Source: Trichoplax adhaerens (lineage: Eukaryota > Animalia > Placozoa). From it: 64,000 bases of DNA. Of this stretch, positions 15,101 to 27,788 are shown in pieces. The DNA lies in the NCBI RefSeq assembly GCF_000150275.1, contig NW_002060944.1:8012735-8076734 (forward strand), given 5' to 3'. The position numbers and the translations under genes are program-made. The notes below the pieces were generated by a model, which was not told the DNA's origin, ran no database searches, and saw nothing but the letters and a program-made list of their open reading frames with translations. Each line of letters opens with the position of its first letter. Position 1 is the stretch's first letter.

Positions 15101-18100
15101 ATCTTCCAAATTCATTTATTATTCGATGTTTAACTTTAAGGGAAAGAGTAGAAATAGATTATTCATCGGAATACGACTAAATAGAATCCTATTACTATAA
15201 CTTATATATTTATATAATTTTTGCCTTTATATTTTAGCTATACGAGTATATCTCTTCATTATTCATTTTTTATACTTTTTCACTTTTTCTTGGTAAGTAC
15301 ATAAATGTTAAAATCTCACTTTTTCTCTCCTTTTATGAAAAATGCACATTATATGCAATTGAAATATAAAAATACAGATAAATATGCTTGATTAGCTCAT
15401 TATAATAGTGCAAATATATACAATATTTCCTTACATCTGTTTCACTCCTCAATCTACTGCATATATCAGATATATACGTACATATTTATAGTATGTATTA
15501 TATAAAAATCTTTAAGCTGCTCTAGAAATAATTTTAAGAGCAAAGATTACGACAAAAAGGATAATAATATAGTAATAATAGCTATTAACTCATCGACGTA
15601 ATTACTCTACGGGCTATTACTATTTAGAATAAAACGGCAACTCGTAAACGAGGTAGTTTTACTGCAATATAATAATGATTCTATGGCTTTCGCTTCAATA
15701 TCAAATTTCTGCTGCCAAGAATTCTTTCATGCATATATGTGCTAAAAGCAAAATAAATTCTGGATATGGAAATCAAATATCGATTCAAAGATTATAGCGA
15801 AATAGTATCGCGAAGGTCAGAATGTTCAAATAACCACACCTTATACTGCCACATTATGCGTTATAAATTCCAATATAACATTTTTTAAGCTATTCTGTAG
15901 TATTCTAACACCGTTCTGCTATTAAGAAATTCCTTACTGTCCATGTTCTAGTTGTATGATATGCTATACAACAAATGAAATAGCTTAGCTCAATCTTGTA
16001 ATAATTATAATCAACGAACAGCAGAAACAAATAAAATTAAGCAGACAGGCCTAACAAAACTTTAATTAGCCTTCAAATTTAATGCCTCCATTAATAATAG
16101 TCACAAGAAGGATAAAATTTATTTGGTATTTCTGTTATCATTTGGATTATTTTGGGCGTAAATCATTTCGTACTGGACACTTGTATATTACTTGCATTAG
16201 ATAAATCAAATAAATCCTTGACGATCCTAAGAAATAAAAAAGACGTACAACATATGCAGTAATTCAATATGTATTTCAATATGTTATGCTTAATCTTACA
16301 AATTATTGAATCTTAATACTTAGATTATTATAAATAAAAAGCTTAATGAGATCGAAAGGGAAATTAAAACACAATTAGTCAATTATGATAGTTCTTTAAT
16401 GAACGATGATTGTAATACAATTATTTCTGTACATCATACTGTTGCAATCTTTTTAGTAAATTTGTCTGTATCTTTGCCGATTTTTCTGTCAAATATCCTT
16501 ATAATATGCAAAATATGAATATAGCAGAAATAAAAATAGGTTTTTATTCTTAGCTATAGTTAAATTAAAATTAATTAACCTAAAAAATAGCGTCATATTG
16601 AAATAAGAATTCGGATGCAACAAAACACCTATGTAACTTGTAAATGCCCCACTGACTGTTTCCTTTCGTTTATCCACCTTAATTTACGTCTGTACTAAAA
16701 TAATCCTAAATATAATCAATTCTATTGCCTATATTAAGTTACGATAAAAGATAGATGCAACAATGGCTAAAATTTCTAGAAAATTTACCAACAACCAGTA
16801 TTATACGAAATTTTTAAACTAAGATTTCTTTTAAAGTAACTCTACTGAATCGATTTCGTTATATATTGACTAGGCTTCATATAAGTATAGATTACTTTAA
16901 ACAAAATATCAATCTGCGAATAGCTGACTGATAAAGTTTATAGCAGGACCGCCATTAAATCATTTCAATGTGAGCTATGCTTAAAACAATAAAATAAAGC
17001 GTAGCAGTTAATAAACCTTCCTTTCATCGTTATACGGAAATCTATGATAATAGTATATAATAATGATCAATAAGTTGATTCATTTAATGATTTCTTAATC
17101 CATATATGGCTATTGATGATGTATGATTACGGATTAATAAATGATCTTTTAAAAATTAGATATCTGCTATAAAATAGGCTTAGTTATATAATTATTATCA
17201 TCATTTCCACCTAACAGAAATATTCAATATCTACATTTGTAAGGTAATGTCGTTTTTAAAGTTAATGCTAGTTTAGAATTTATTCAGTTATAACATAAAT
17301 ATTAATAAATTAGTTTGATTAATGATGAAAATAATATATTTAATGATCATCGTTGTTTTTCCCTTCATCTAACGTAAAATTATTCAAGGTTATAAAAAAT
17401 TTCAAATAAACAAAGTCTAATCTATCCTAGCTCTGAATCGTTGTTCAATATTGACTTAGATTTATTTTCTTTTTTTCACTTTTCTAATCAGCATCAATCT
17501 TTTATTGAATACTTAATTTGACGTCAATACAGTCAATCTTAAGAATTATTCTAATGTCATTCTGTCATGATTCATTTTATTATTGATCGTCAACAATAAA
17601 TTTACTATCAATGGCTGCGATTGAAACAGTAGCCTGACTTTTTGTATTGACATTTCTTTCTATTTCCAACTTTTAACTGTTTATTTCAATCCTTCATTTT
17701 CTTTCTTACGATCGTTTTAAGTCAAAACCGTCATTAGTAAGATAGCTGATTATTATTGATATTTTTTAATAATCGACATCTACTCAATTGCTTTGGTATT
17801 ACGTATCGAAGAGACTATAGGATACAACTTATTCGTCAAAATACAGTAGTATTTATCTATCCATCAATCAATCATGGATTACCGTGCAAAATCACCATAA
17901 TAATATTTAATCATGGCTATGACTACATTTCTACGGTCTTTCACAAATGTTGATTAATTATTATCATTCCATTGCCCAATTACCATGACAACTATTATAT
18001 AATAGAGATCAAGTATAATGATATTCCATTACTATTGACGAAATTCGTTACATCATTTCAATGCTACGTATGCATTCAAATAACATTTAACCTTGTTCTT

Positions 18101-21042
18101 CTATCGTGCAAACTCAAGATGAGAATGAATCATGATGATAGCACTAATAAACACACATTGGGAATGCAAACTGATCATATCATCCATTTCAAATAGAATT
18201 AAAATACTGTCTCCAAACATGATCGATTTGATAGCAGTTATTTTATTATTGAAGCATCAATTCATTCAAGATAATAATAAAGAATGATGTACGAAACGAT
18301 TCTCATCTATGTGGGGATTTTAGTGCAGAGAGCTATATAATCAAACATAAAAGAGATATAAATATCAATTATGCAGCCATAACTTATTAAGATTGATTGC
18401 AACTGATCAACGGGAGCTTATTGTATCATGGTTGTACTTTAATCAGTATTGCATTTCCTTCTTTTTACATAATTTCTAGCCATGATTATGATGTCTCATT
18501 ATACTCCTTATCATCATCGTCGGTGTGATAAAAGCGTGAGAAAATTTTTAGTTTATACGATGGATAGATAGCCAAAGAATATGCAGCAATATAGGCTGCC
18601 TAACATTATTAAATATTTTCAATCATACATTAATAATATATGCAACGTAAATCAATCGATTCTTATTAGCCCAATTAAAGAAGCCATAGAAGAAAATAAG
18701 ATAACGCTATGCCATTTTTATTCTATTCTAGAAGCATGCACGAACATTTACTTTAAATTCATTTATAATCATCATCACTAATAATCGTATTAGATTGCTA
18801 TTCACAGTCTCATTCCTGTACCATTTACAACATACGATTCCATTACCCAAGTGATTATTAATGTAATAGTACATTAGCACGAGCATTTCAAAATATAACG
18901 GTCTAGCCAGATAACGGAATAAATAAATATTTCTAATACTAATATATTGCTTCATGTCATCAAGCTATGCTATAAAATAGAATACCACTTACAAAAAACA
19001 ATCTTTTGATTTCTTATTCAATTGTCACATGTTTAGTTATGTCTAGTAATAATTTTTAATATTCATCAAGCATAGGATAGATTATAAATACGTTTCATTT
19101 ATTGAAATATATTATTTTTTATAGTCTCTAATTTTGTTTCTTCATAAAATTCTATTAAAAATTAAGTTTAAGAAAATTTGCAAAAGAATGTGATTGCCCA
19201 TAAATATCTTAACTTTGCCAACCTCAATGTCAGCTTATAATCTAATTAATAATGATCTTCACTACAGACGATAATTGGCGATTATTTTTAAGTTGAAAAA
19301 AAGATTGACAATAGAACGGAGCTAATTGTTAGAAAATCAAACAATCGTTCCAATTTGCCATTATTATCAATCATCTCTGATGATTAACATGCCAAAGGAT
19401 AATTTAGAATTCAAGCTATTTATTGGAATTTTAAATTGTCTTCAAATTATATCGTGGCACAAATTGAATGTCCTTTATGCAAAGCTAAAAGGGAAAATTC
19501 TTGAATCTATAATCTGGTTTATGATTTTTGATGTCGATCGAAAAATAGGATTTATTATAATTAATTAGATTTATTAATTATTAATAATTCGCTTTTCCTA
19601 TTATTAATGATACTTTTAATCCTTCATAGCAATACGAGTTTTAATTATTTCCTAGCGTTTTACTTTACCACATTATTGAATTTTTACGATGATTAAAGAG
19701 GCATTCACAAGTTAATCAACTTCTGCGCTCAATTGTCAGCTGTCTTGACTGATGCTAGTCACAGCCGCCAGCCTTACATTTAACAACTAACAACTCGATC
19801 AAGTTACAATTAAAATTATGAATCAATTATCTATGTCTAATTTTCTCATCACTGAATAGGCTTTTATAACTAGCAATCATCTTCACAACAATGTCCAAAA
19901 CTATTATCCTTTAGATTGACGTGAAGTGTCAACAAAGTTTGCCGAAGTTCTAATAAAGTTTTAATAAATGATCAATATTAGCCTTCGTCATCATCAAGAA
20001 AATTAAATTACAGAATATCGTCTATAAATATATCCAGTTTATTATCGTTTAAGCTAACATCTTAAGTAAATAAACCCAATCAGATAGAATAATGATGAAT
20101 ATTGAGCTCTTAATTAATCAACTTTGTAATACCTCCAATCAATAATCTCGAAAAAATCGCTACAAGAGCCATTCTTGATTAAGCACCAGAATCCGTTTGC
20201 CAATTGCACTAAAAAGGTCTAACTTTTTCTGCTTATTTCCTTATTTTAATTAAAATTTATAAGTATCAGTCAAGTTATTACTTGCATTAGTGTGATTGGT
20301 CAAGCTATCATGTTTACAAGCACTTTCTATTCACTTAGCAAACACCAATGTATGGCCTCTTTCTACGTATTATACTGTATGTGTATATAACATATATATA
20401 AAAGAGACAAAACAATAAAAATATATGTGTAAAGTCAAATTTTGATCATACGATCCTAAATTGATTTAAGGCTTGTATAGTCCAAAGCACAGTTCGTAGT
20501 TGTTTAATGAATTAGTAATTATTATCACGATGGCTGACGAACGTGGTCTGACACATACTATACTATGGCACTACAATGTAGCAACTAAAAACTAATGACT
20601 AAAGACTCGTATATTTATCAAAAATAAAAATTAAAAAAAAATTATGGGCGTTGCAAATATTAAACTAGTACGTACAATCATTTATCGAAAAGTGCTAACA
20701 AGCCAGACCTGGATTCATAAACACGTACTAGAGACTTACTAGATACCCTGTACGAGTACGCAGCAAAAGGCAAAAATTATTAACTAACATCTATGAACAT
20801 TCATTAGAAATGCTAAATAATATAAAGTAATTATCTCATTTACTTTAATATGCGTGAATTAAAGTTAAGCACGTTAGACTTAATTTCTACAAAAATTAAT
20901 AATATATCGTTATTTAATCTATCGTTATATTTTAGCAATAATTATAATTCGACTAGTTATCATGGTAAATGAATCTATCAATCAATATTACACTTATTTC
21001 TTTCTTTGAAAAAGTGACTGATGATCCAATACGAATTGTACC

Positions 21043-21433
21043 TGTCAACATATATAACATATGAATATAAGACCGTCTACTATTGGTACGGATAGGTAAT
21101 ACACTCTATCTTTCGCTAAAGTACTAGATACATATATATATGCCTACAATAAAAGTCAATATTATATGTTCGCGTATAAAAAAATATCTATATATAACCA
21201 TTGTTACATGTAGCCTCTGTGCAGAATCGTGCAGTATGAAATGTAGGTGAGTAGGTATATAAAGTTTGCAAAATGACCGACTTCGCATACGGTCACGTTC
21301 AGATACACTGGTTAAAGACTTGGCAGCCACAAATAACTCCACTTAAGTGTAAATATGTTATCTTGCTATTTTTATAATTTAGGTCAATGCTTGATTTTAG
21401 CCTATTATTCAACTATATATACAGTTGCTGACA
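21043..21433 (+). mobile_element. Possible degenerate solo LTR
   Basis: Termini TGTCAACA...TGCTGACA (7/8 inverted match) and TATATAAA at 21257, but no clean TSD. Confidence 0.3.
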
Positions 21434-21688
21434 TCCTATCTATATGGTAAACCTTTAATACACTTTACATGCGCTCACTATAGTAAGCTTAGCACGCGTA
21501 TATAGATAAATGTGAATTCCAGCAAATACTTCCATATGTGCTCTAGCTAATTGATATTCGGCTACTAAATTTCGCAGATGTTGTTTCATCAGCTACTTAT
21601 ACTTCTTAAATATGTAAATTTCATTGCAATTGCACGTAGTAAATACCTCTTGAAACACTAACTATAATAAGGTAGGCAATTATGTTAC

Positions 21689-22632
21689 TGCTATATAACT
21701 TAGTATTGGATTGTACATTATCAGTCATGTTTAGTATGATGTACGTTAGTTTAGCTTTCTATATTTATCTAAAGCCATAGACTGTAACAGGAAATTCTTT
21801 ATTAAGTATAAATGACCATATACAGTAGAATGTTCAGCCTTTGCCGTTACTAGAGGTAAGTATGTAACTCATATAGTAGGAGATGGTTAATTCATCGTAC
21901 TTTGGCTGGTAGAAATAAAGTCTACGTCAGTGCTGTAACTATTACCATATTAATTTATAGATGGTCCACTGTAAAGTATTTGCAGTACCTTGAGTTTAGT
22001 ACTTGAGCTAAATACTTAATTGAGCATAGAATTATTAATATGCACTACCGTAGGCTATAATACTTGCGTAGTTTAATGCGATTAGTTGCTCGTGCCCCGG
22101 CAAAATATGGTAATTCAATGTCTGTGCTTAACGTGTGGAAGCGTAATAATGTTACTACTATTACTAAATAGGTCATGCGCTAGGATTTATAAGCGTATGC
22201 AACGAGTAGATCGAGAGTTCTTCTTGTTCATAGTTTGTTGTAAATACAGTTACGGTTGGTTTTATTGTAATAAAGCTTAATTCGGGTTTTAAATCCAGTT
22301 AGACTGATTTATTGTGGACCCTTAAAAAATCGACTTACTACAGTATTGTTACAAATAATAATCTGAACGTATGTAAAATTAGGTAGAACTAGTAGACCCT
22401 CGCTCGTTATACTTCGCTCACTATACTCATTGTTGCTATGTTGATTTCAGCTACTAACGCCACAAAAGTACATAAGTAGGCAACTTTAGATCGTTCAGTA
22501 GTTATAACTAAAAGTATTTATAGCAGTTATTTTCGGCTAGAGTAGAGCTGTATGCAGATAATCTTTGTCTAGAGGTCTAATAAGTTCTAATTTTCCAAAA
22601 ATTTTTGAGATTTGACGATCAATTAGATCACA
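21689..22632 (+). mobile_element. Older, diverged solo LTR family A copy interrupted by two insertions
   Basis: Shares blocks with 47979-48524 (TAACTTAGTATTG, ATGGTTAATTCATCGTACTTTGG, TTCGGCTAGAGTAGAGCT, ...ATCACA end). Termini are TG...CA with a degenerate TSD GTTAC/ATGAC. Confidence 0.7.
21981..22342 (+). mobile_element. Second solo LTR (362 bp) nested inside the family A copy
   Basis: Termini TGCAGTA...TACTACA, perfect TSD GTATT (21976-21980 and 22343-22347), TTTATAA at 22186 and AATAAA at 22269. It is absent from the other family A copies. Confidence 0.8.
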
Positions 22633-25600
22633 ATGACTAATTTTAATATATTCCTAAAGCTATTCAAACGGTAAGACGACTGCTTAGCATGAATTTAAAC
22701 TCGTATATTTGCCATCGTAGTGCCTTTAATTAGGCAATAAAGCGTTTTATATGAGGCCTAAAACTGATACTAATACGACTATGCGACTCCCTACGAAGCA
22801 AGAAACGGAATTGTAAGCAAGTATGGAGAGAAATTTTGTATAAGTAAAAGATTGATCATTACTAATGCAGTACTATTGATTACTAATATTTGGAAATATC
22901 TTCATTTATATTTGTATCAGATCAATTTCTCCCTATTTACTTAGGATATTCCTATCTCTTTATATTAATTCCTTATGGTAAGAATTATTTTTTTAATAAC
23001 CATAAAGGTGCGAATTTCCTTTATACAAATACTACGAAACCCATCTGTAAATAAACCAGGCTAAGAATACTTAATTAAATGATACTAGTCCTATAATTGG
23101 TCGCATTATGCTACTCTTTAATGCCATCCTAAATATGTATAGAGCCATTAAAGTGCCTTAATCAATCTCTAGAATTGTTGAAAGACGAAATCAGGTTGAT
23201 ATAGCATTATGAAATATGGTATAAATTATATAAGACACCTTGCTTGTCTTAGCCCAAGGCTGTTAACAAAGTGATTAAAATGTTTTTCCCATCAGATATA
23301 TAGCCATCATAATACCTTAAGATTGAAGAATATTCGTGAATAAGAGCTTTTTTCTACTAAAGCAACAGTAAAATAAACTAATTGTCGTAAATGGATTCCA
23401 TCTTTGAGTAAACTTCCATCGTTGCCTAATTTGAATTGAACTTGCTGACATAAAATAAAATACTGTCATTAAGTACAGTTTGATTGTTAGGATTCAATTT
23501 CTCGAAAAAGGAATTGTTAACGAACAGATTTAACTTCAAAATTGGGAAGTGCATTTAAGAAAGTAAATTATCAATCATACTATGCCGTTTTTGATAGGAT
23601 AACATAATCTGTCAATAATTGCATAAATGATGAAATTAAATCGTCCGATATAGAAATGGACGTTATTGTCTCCAGTTTAATCAAGATCGATTAAAAGGAG
23701 GCGGAAAATTCTTATTGAATCAAAGCAGTCGTCAATTTGAGGTTAATGTCAGCGAGAAATAAGAAAGAATTAATGCTAAATAGGAAAAGAGGAAGTCATC
23801 CAGACAATGCTAAGAGTTCATGCTAATAACTGTACTTGCAGTTACTATCATAAATGGAAAGAATGCTCGTCTTAAGACTACTCGAATGCGTCCATGTTAA
23901 AGTTTACCTAGTATTAAGTAAGATGATATGCTAATTAATGAAAAAGATCTTTATTAACTACTCTGATTTCTATCATATAGATAACAGACGGCTTTCAAAA
24001 TGAACTACTGCAAAGAAATTCCTAAACTAAATTCTAATTAATTAAATCATCTCATTTTTCTCAATTAATAAAAATATTTACGGACAAGACCAACCTCGTC
24101 AATATCCTAAATTTAGGCATATTACAATAATTTTTTGTGCGATATTGCAAGCATGTCAAAGTATCCGTCTCATTTTTTTGTGGCCTTTACTACGCGATAC
24201 TGTTTACTTTATCCAAATTACCTACTCGAATACGATAAAAATTCTGCTAGCAACACGAAAATTTTCTTCCGTATTTAAGTGTCGCCAGGCCTAATGTCTA
24301 CTCTTATGAACTACCGTATCCATTACAGTTACATAACAACATCTTCATTTCTTAAGTTATTTAAACTCCAGATATAAGTTATTTAAATTATAAATCCTAT
24401 TATCATTAATGAAATAGGATATTTAAAGTAATATTATGAATAGATAATTCACGTTACAAGTACTAAGACTCATTTAATTCATTGCTAATAAGATAGAATG
24501 GGTGATGGTAGCATGATTATTGTATTCCTAAATTAATTTTGCAAATTACCAAGCTAAATTTCACTCTGCTTTCATCATTTTAGCAAAAGTACCATTCATT
24601 TCTTTAATGTAAATGACTTTCTTCCGATAAATTCTAACTAAAATTATATCCTTTCACCCCCAGCTTGTCAAATTAATCATTTAAAAATTACATTGACTGG
24701 GATAATCACAGATTGTTCATGTGTTATGGATAGACTAGCATAAAATTTAATTACCTATCATTTTAATATCTCTCTGGATTACATTACTCGCGTAATTTAT
24801 TAGCAGCAATGAATTATTCGATACTCACTTAAAGTTTTATGATTCCATCTCAAACAGATATTAACGTCGTTTAGTATTGTAGTCTTATGGAAATCGAAAT
24901 GGATGAGCAAGACAGAAATTACAAACAATTCGATAAAATAGATATGAAAGAATATGAAACACAAATTAGATAATCAATTCTCACTATGATAAATTCTAAG
25001 ACTTTGATTGACAGTAATAGCGTGATTACTTTCAATGAACGGGAAGTAAAATATAAGCAACAAGACTTCCTGAGCAAATAAAAAGTTGTTGAATTAAAGA
25101 TCCCTTTGATCAATTTTCAGGTAAATTAATTAAGATTGCATCGAAATAAATTAAAAGTCTCCTTCGTCAGTTGTTACGTATATTCTGATTTACGATGTTC
25201 GAAAACAGATAATATGAGCAGCAATCACTATTTAATAATGATAACCGACCAAGTTATAGATTTTGTTATGTTATATTTGAAATTTGCTGATATTCGTTAA
25301 GAATAAATCATAACATATAGTAATGAGCAGGTAACAAAATCAATTATGGTCTAGGATATATTACAATTGGTAAACAGTATAATAATAGCTAAGGCAAAGA
25401 ATTGCTCATTTACACGAAGAAACTAGTGCTAATATGAAAATCATTGAAATACAGCTTAGCTATTATTGCCAATATTAAGCCCAAAAGTATTATTGTAACT
25501 AGTCTCGACATACTATTTTATCCTTTAAAACATTTCATCTTAGAATAAGACGTGATTGAGAACAACAGAAATGGATCTATTCTAATATAAAAGAAGTTCC

Positions 25601-25757
25601 GCTAAAAAAATTTTTAGTAGATAGATTATTGCTACTATTAACACAACGTCTAGAAGCTAAAAATATAAAGTTGTTAGTCTTTGCCATATTTATACTTATT
25701 ATGGTATCGGCTGAACTTCACTTAGATTATGAACTCGGTTTATTTCTTCTTAATCAG

Positions 25758-26045
25758 AATGAAAGCTGCTATTTCGTACAAACTTTGATGAGTGCCTAGG
25801 TTAGTCAACGATATTTAGAGCAAAGGCACCAGTCCGTATCCTCTGTGCTATTTATTATTTCATGGCAAAAATTGTAGCGACTGCATTTAGATTAAGAATT
25901 TTGGCTGTGTCTCCTCAAGGAATCTGGATGAAAGCTGTTATTTCGTACAAATTTCGATAAGTAGCTGAGTAAGCCAATGATAGTTAGAGGCTTAGAGCAG
26001 ATACGCCTAGTCTATATCTTGTGTGCCTTTTATTTCTTGGCAAAT
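25758..26045. repeat. Diverged tandem duplication, period ~170 bp
   Basis: ATGAAAGCTG(C/T)TATTTCGTACAAA...TTAGAGCA...TGTGC...TGGCAAA occurs twice. Confidence 0.8.
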
Positions 26046-27201
26046 TTACGATAGCCACAGTACTACAGACTATAAGTTTTATTGGTTAGAATCTGTGTAA
26101 GGACAGCTATATTCAGTTATGACAACCGATTAGAGAATAAGTGAGGGTTAGTACGAGTTTTAATAACGCTATATAAGGCGATAATATAAGGCGATATTTA
26201 CGTTCTCTATGAGGATTCCTACGGTATTTAAGCTTGCTATCTAATTCATAGAAAGGCTACATAGCACGAGTATAGTGATTTTAATAGATCGGTGTATAAG
26301 AAATTTTACTGTATCTCATCACTACGGTACCATATCAACGCAGAGTTATTTGGAATTTGACCTTGGTATTTTCTGAATTTTAATAAGAAAGGGGAAATTT
26401 ACCCGTTCCTCTTTCTATTCTTCGAATGAAGTGGGATTACTATCAGCGATTAATAAGGTTAAGTAAAAGTTACCTCAAATGCAGGTATTCATATTTCAAT
26501 CAAGAAGTTCCGCCTTGCCAAGAATGGATTCACATCTCTTCCAAGTCGACTTTATTCTTAAGTTACAAGTAATCAAATATGTAATATCCAATAATATTAT
26601 CAATGTCAGTAATAGTCTTTAAAAATGATTAAAGCGAACGATAACTGAAATAAAAAGACATTTTTCATGAGATTTCGATTCAATAAGGATTTTATTTGTG
26701 ATTGGATTCACATAGACTCTCATATCGGCAACAATAGTCATGATTGATAAATCACAGCTGGCTAGCTTGATTCTTAGTTGACGGTTTTTAAGCTCTTGCA
26801 AGCCATTGATAACTTTAAAAAGTTGTTATACTGTAAATATCTCCTAGCGGAATTGCATCTACAGCAGCTATGATGGCGGAGATACGTAATGATATATCCA
26901 TTTTTTATTCTTAATCTCTTGACTTGCAGCTGCCTTATCGATTCTTTACCGATAGTAATTGTTAACAGCTGGAGTTTAGAACAAGAAAATTTAACTGTGA
27001 ATCTGAGGTTACAATTATCCTCCGCGATATTTGCCTAAGATAATGTAATCAGTTCTATAGGGTCTTTAGGCATATATAATATTTTTTAGAGATTGTTAAT
27101 CATCTTGACTTCGGAAGCATAATAGTTTCATGAAAATTTTGCGCCAACATGATATGAATTAATTGTATTGCAAAGACCTACTGTTAGTAATTTTATACCT
27201 G

Positions 27202-27788
27202 TGTCACGGTACCTTTTTGTCGTGATGAGTTAGAAATGTTATGGTGTTTGTTATTGATGGAAATTGATGTGTTATGGTGTTTGTTAGTAAGGTGTTTTGA
27301 TGATCAACTGTCCTTAGTTATTTTGTATGTATTCGAATAGGAGGATAGACTAGGGAAATATAAATATTGATGCTGTGCAACCTTTGCGTTAGAGAGTTGT
27401 TTATGCTGACACGATTTGTAGTCGTGTTGTAAGATTATTACTGGATAGGAGGTTATGGTTGTGTGATCTCCTACGTGAGATTAATGTAAATAGTAAATAT
27501 CTTAGAAAGTATATAAAGACTATCTATGATGTAATGTGGACGAGGAGAAAGGCATAGAAAAGAATAAACTGTAGTGATAGTTATCTATTCAAAGCCTAGA
27601 CTTAGCTACTTGTGTAATCGAGTAATCTAGTGACGGTCAAAGAAGAGTAGTCCCACACCCGAGAAGTTAGTGTTCTAATAGGAAGCGTAGTTCCAGCAGC
27701 ACTTGTTCAGTGTCGGGATTGTACCGTACTTAGCTAAGTTTTACACGATAAGTAGAGATCCTGTGTCACAGAAAACGTGGTTGTGACA
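27202..27788 (+). mobile_element. Solo LTR, 587 bp
   Basis: Termini TGTCAC...GTGACA, perfect 5-bp TSD ACCTG (27197-27201 and 27789-27793), internal TATATAAA at 27510 and AATAAA at 27563. Confidence 0.85.
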
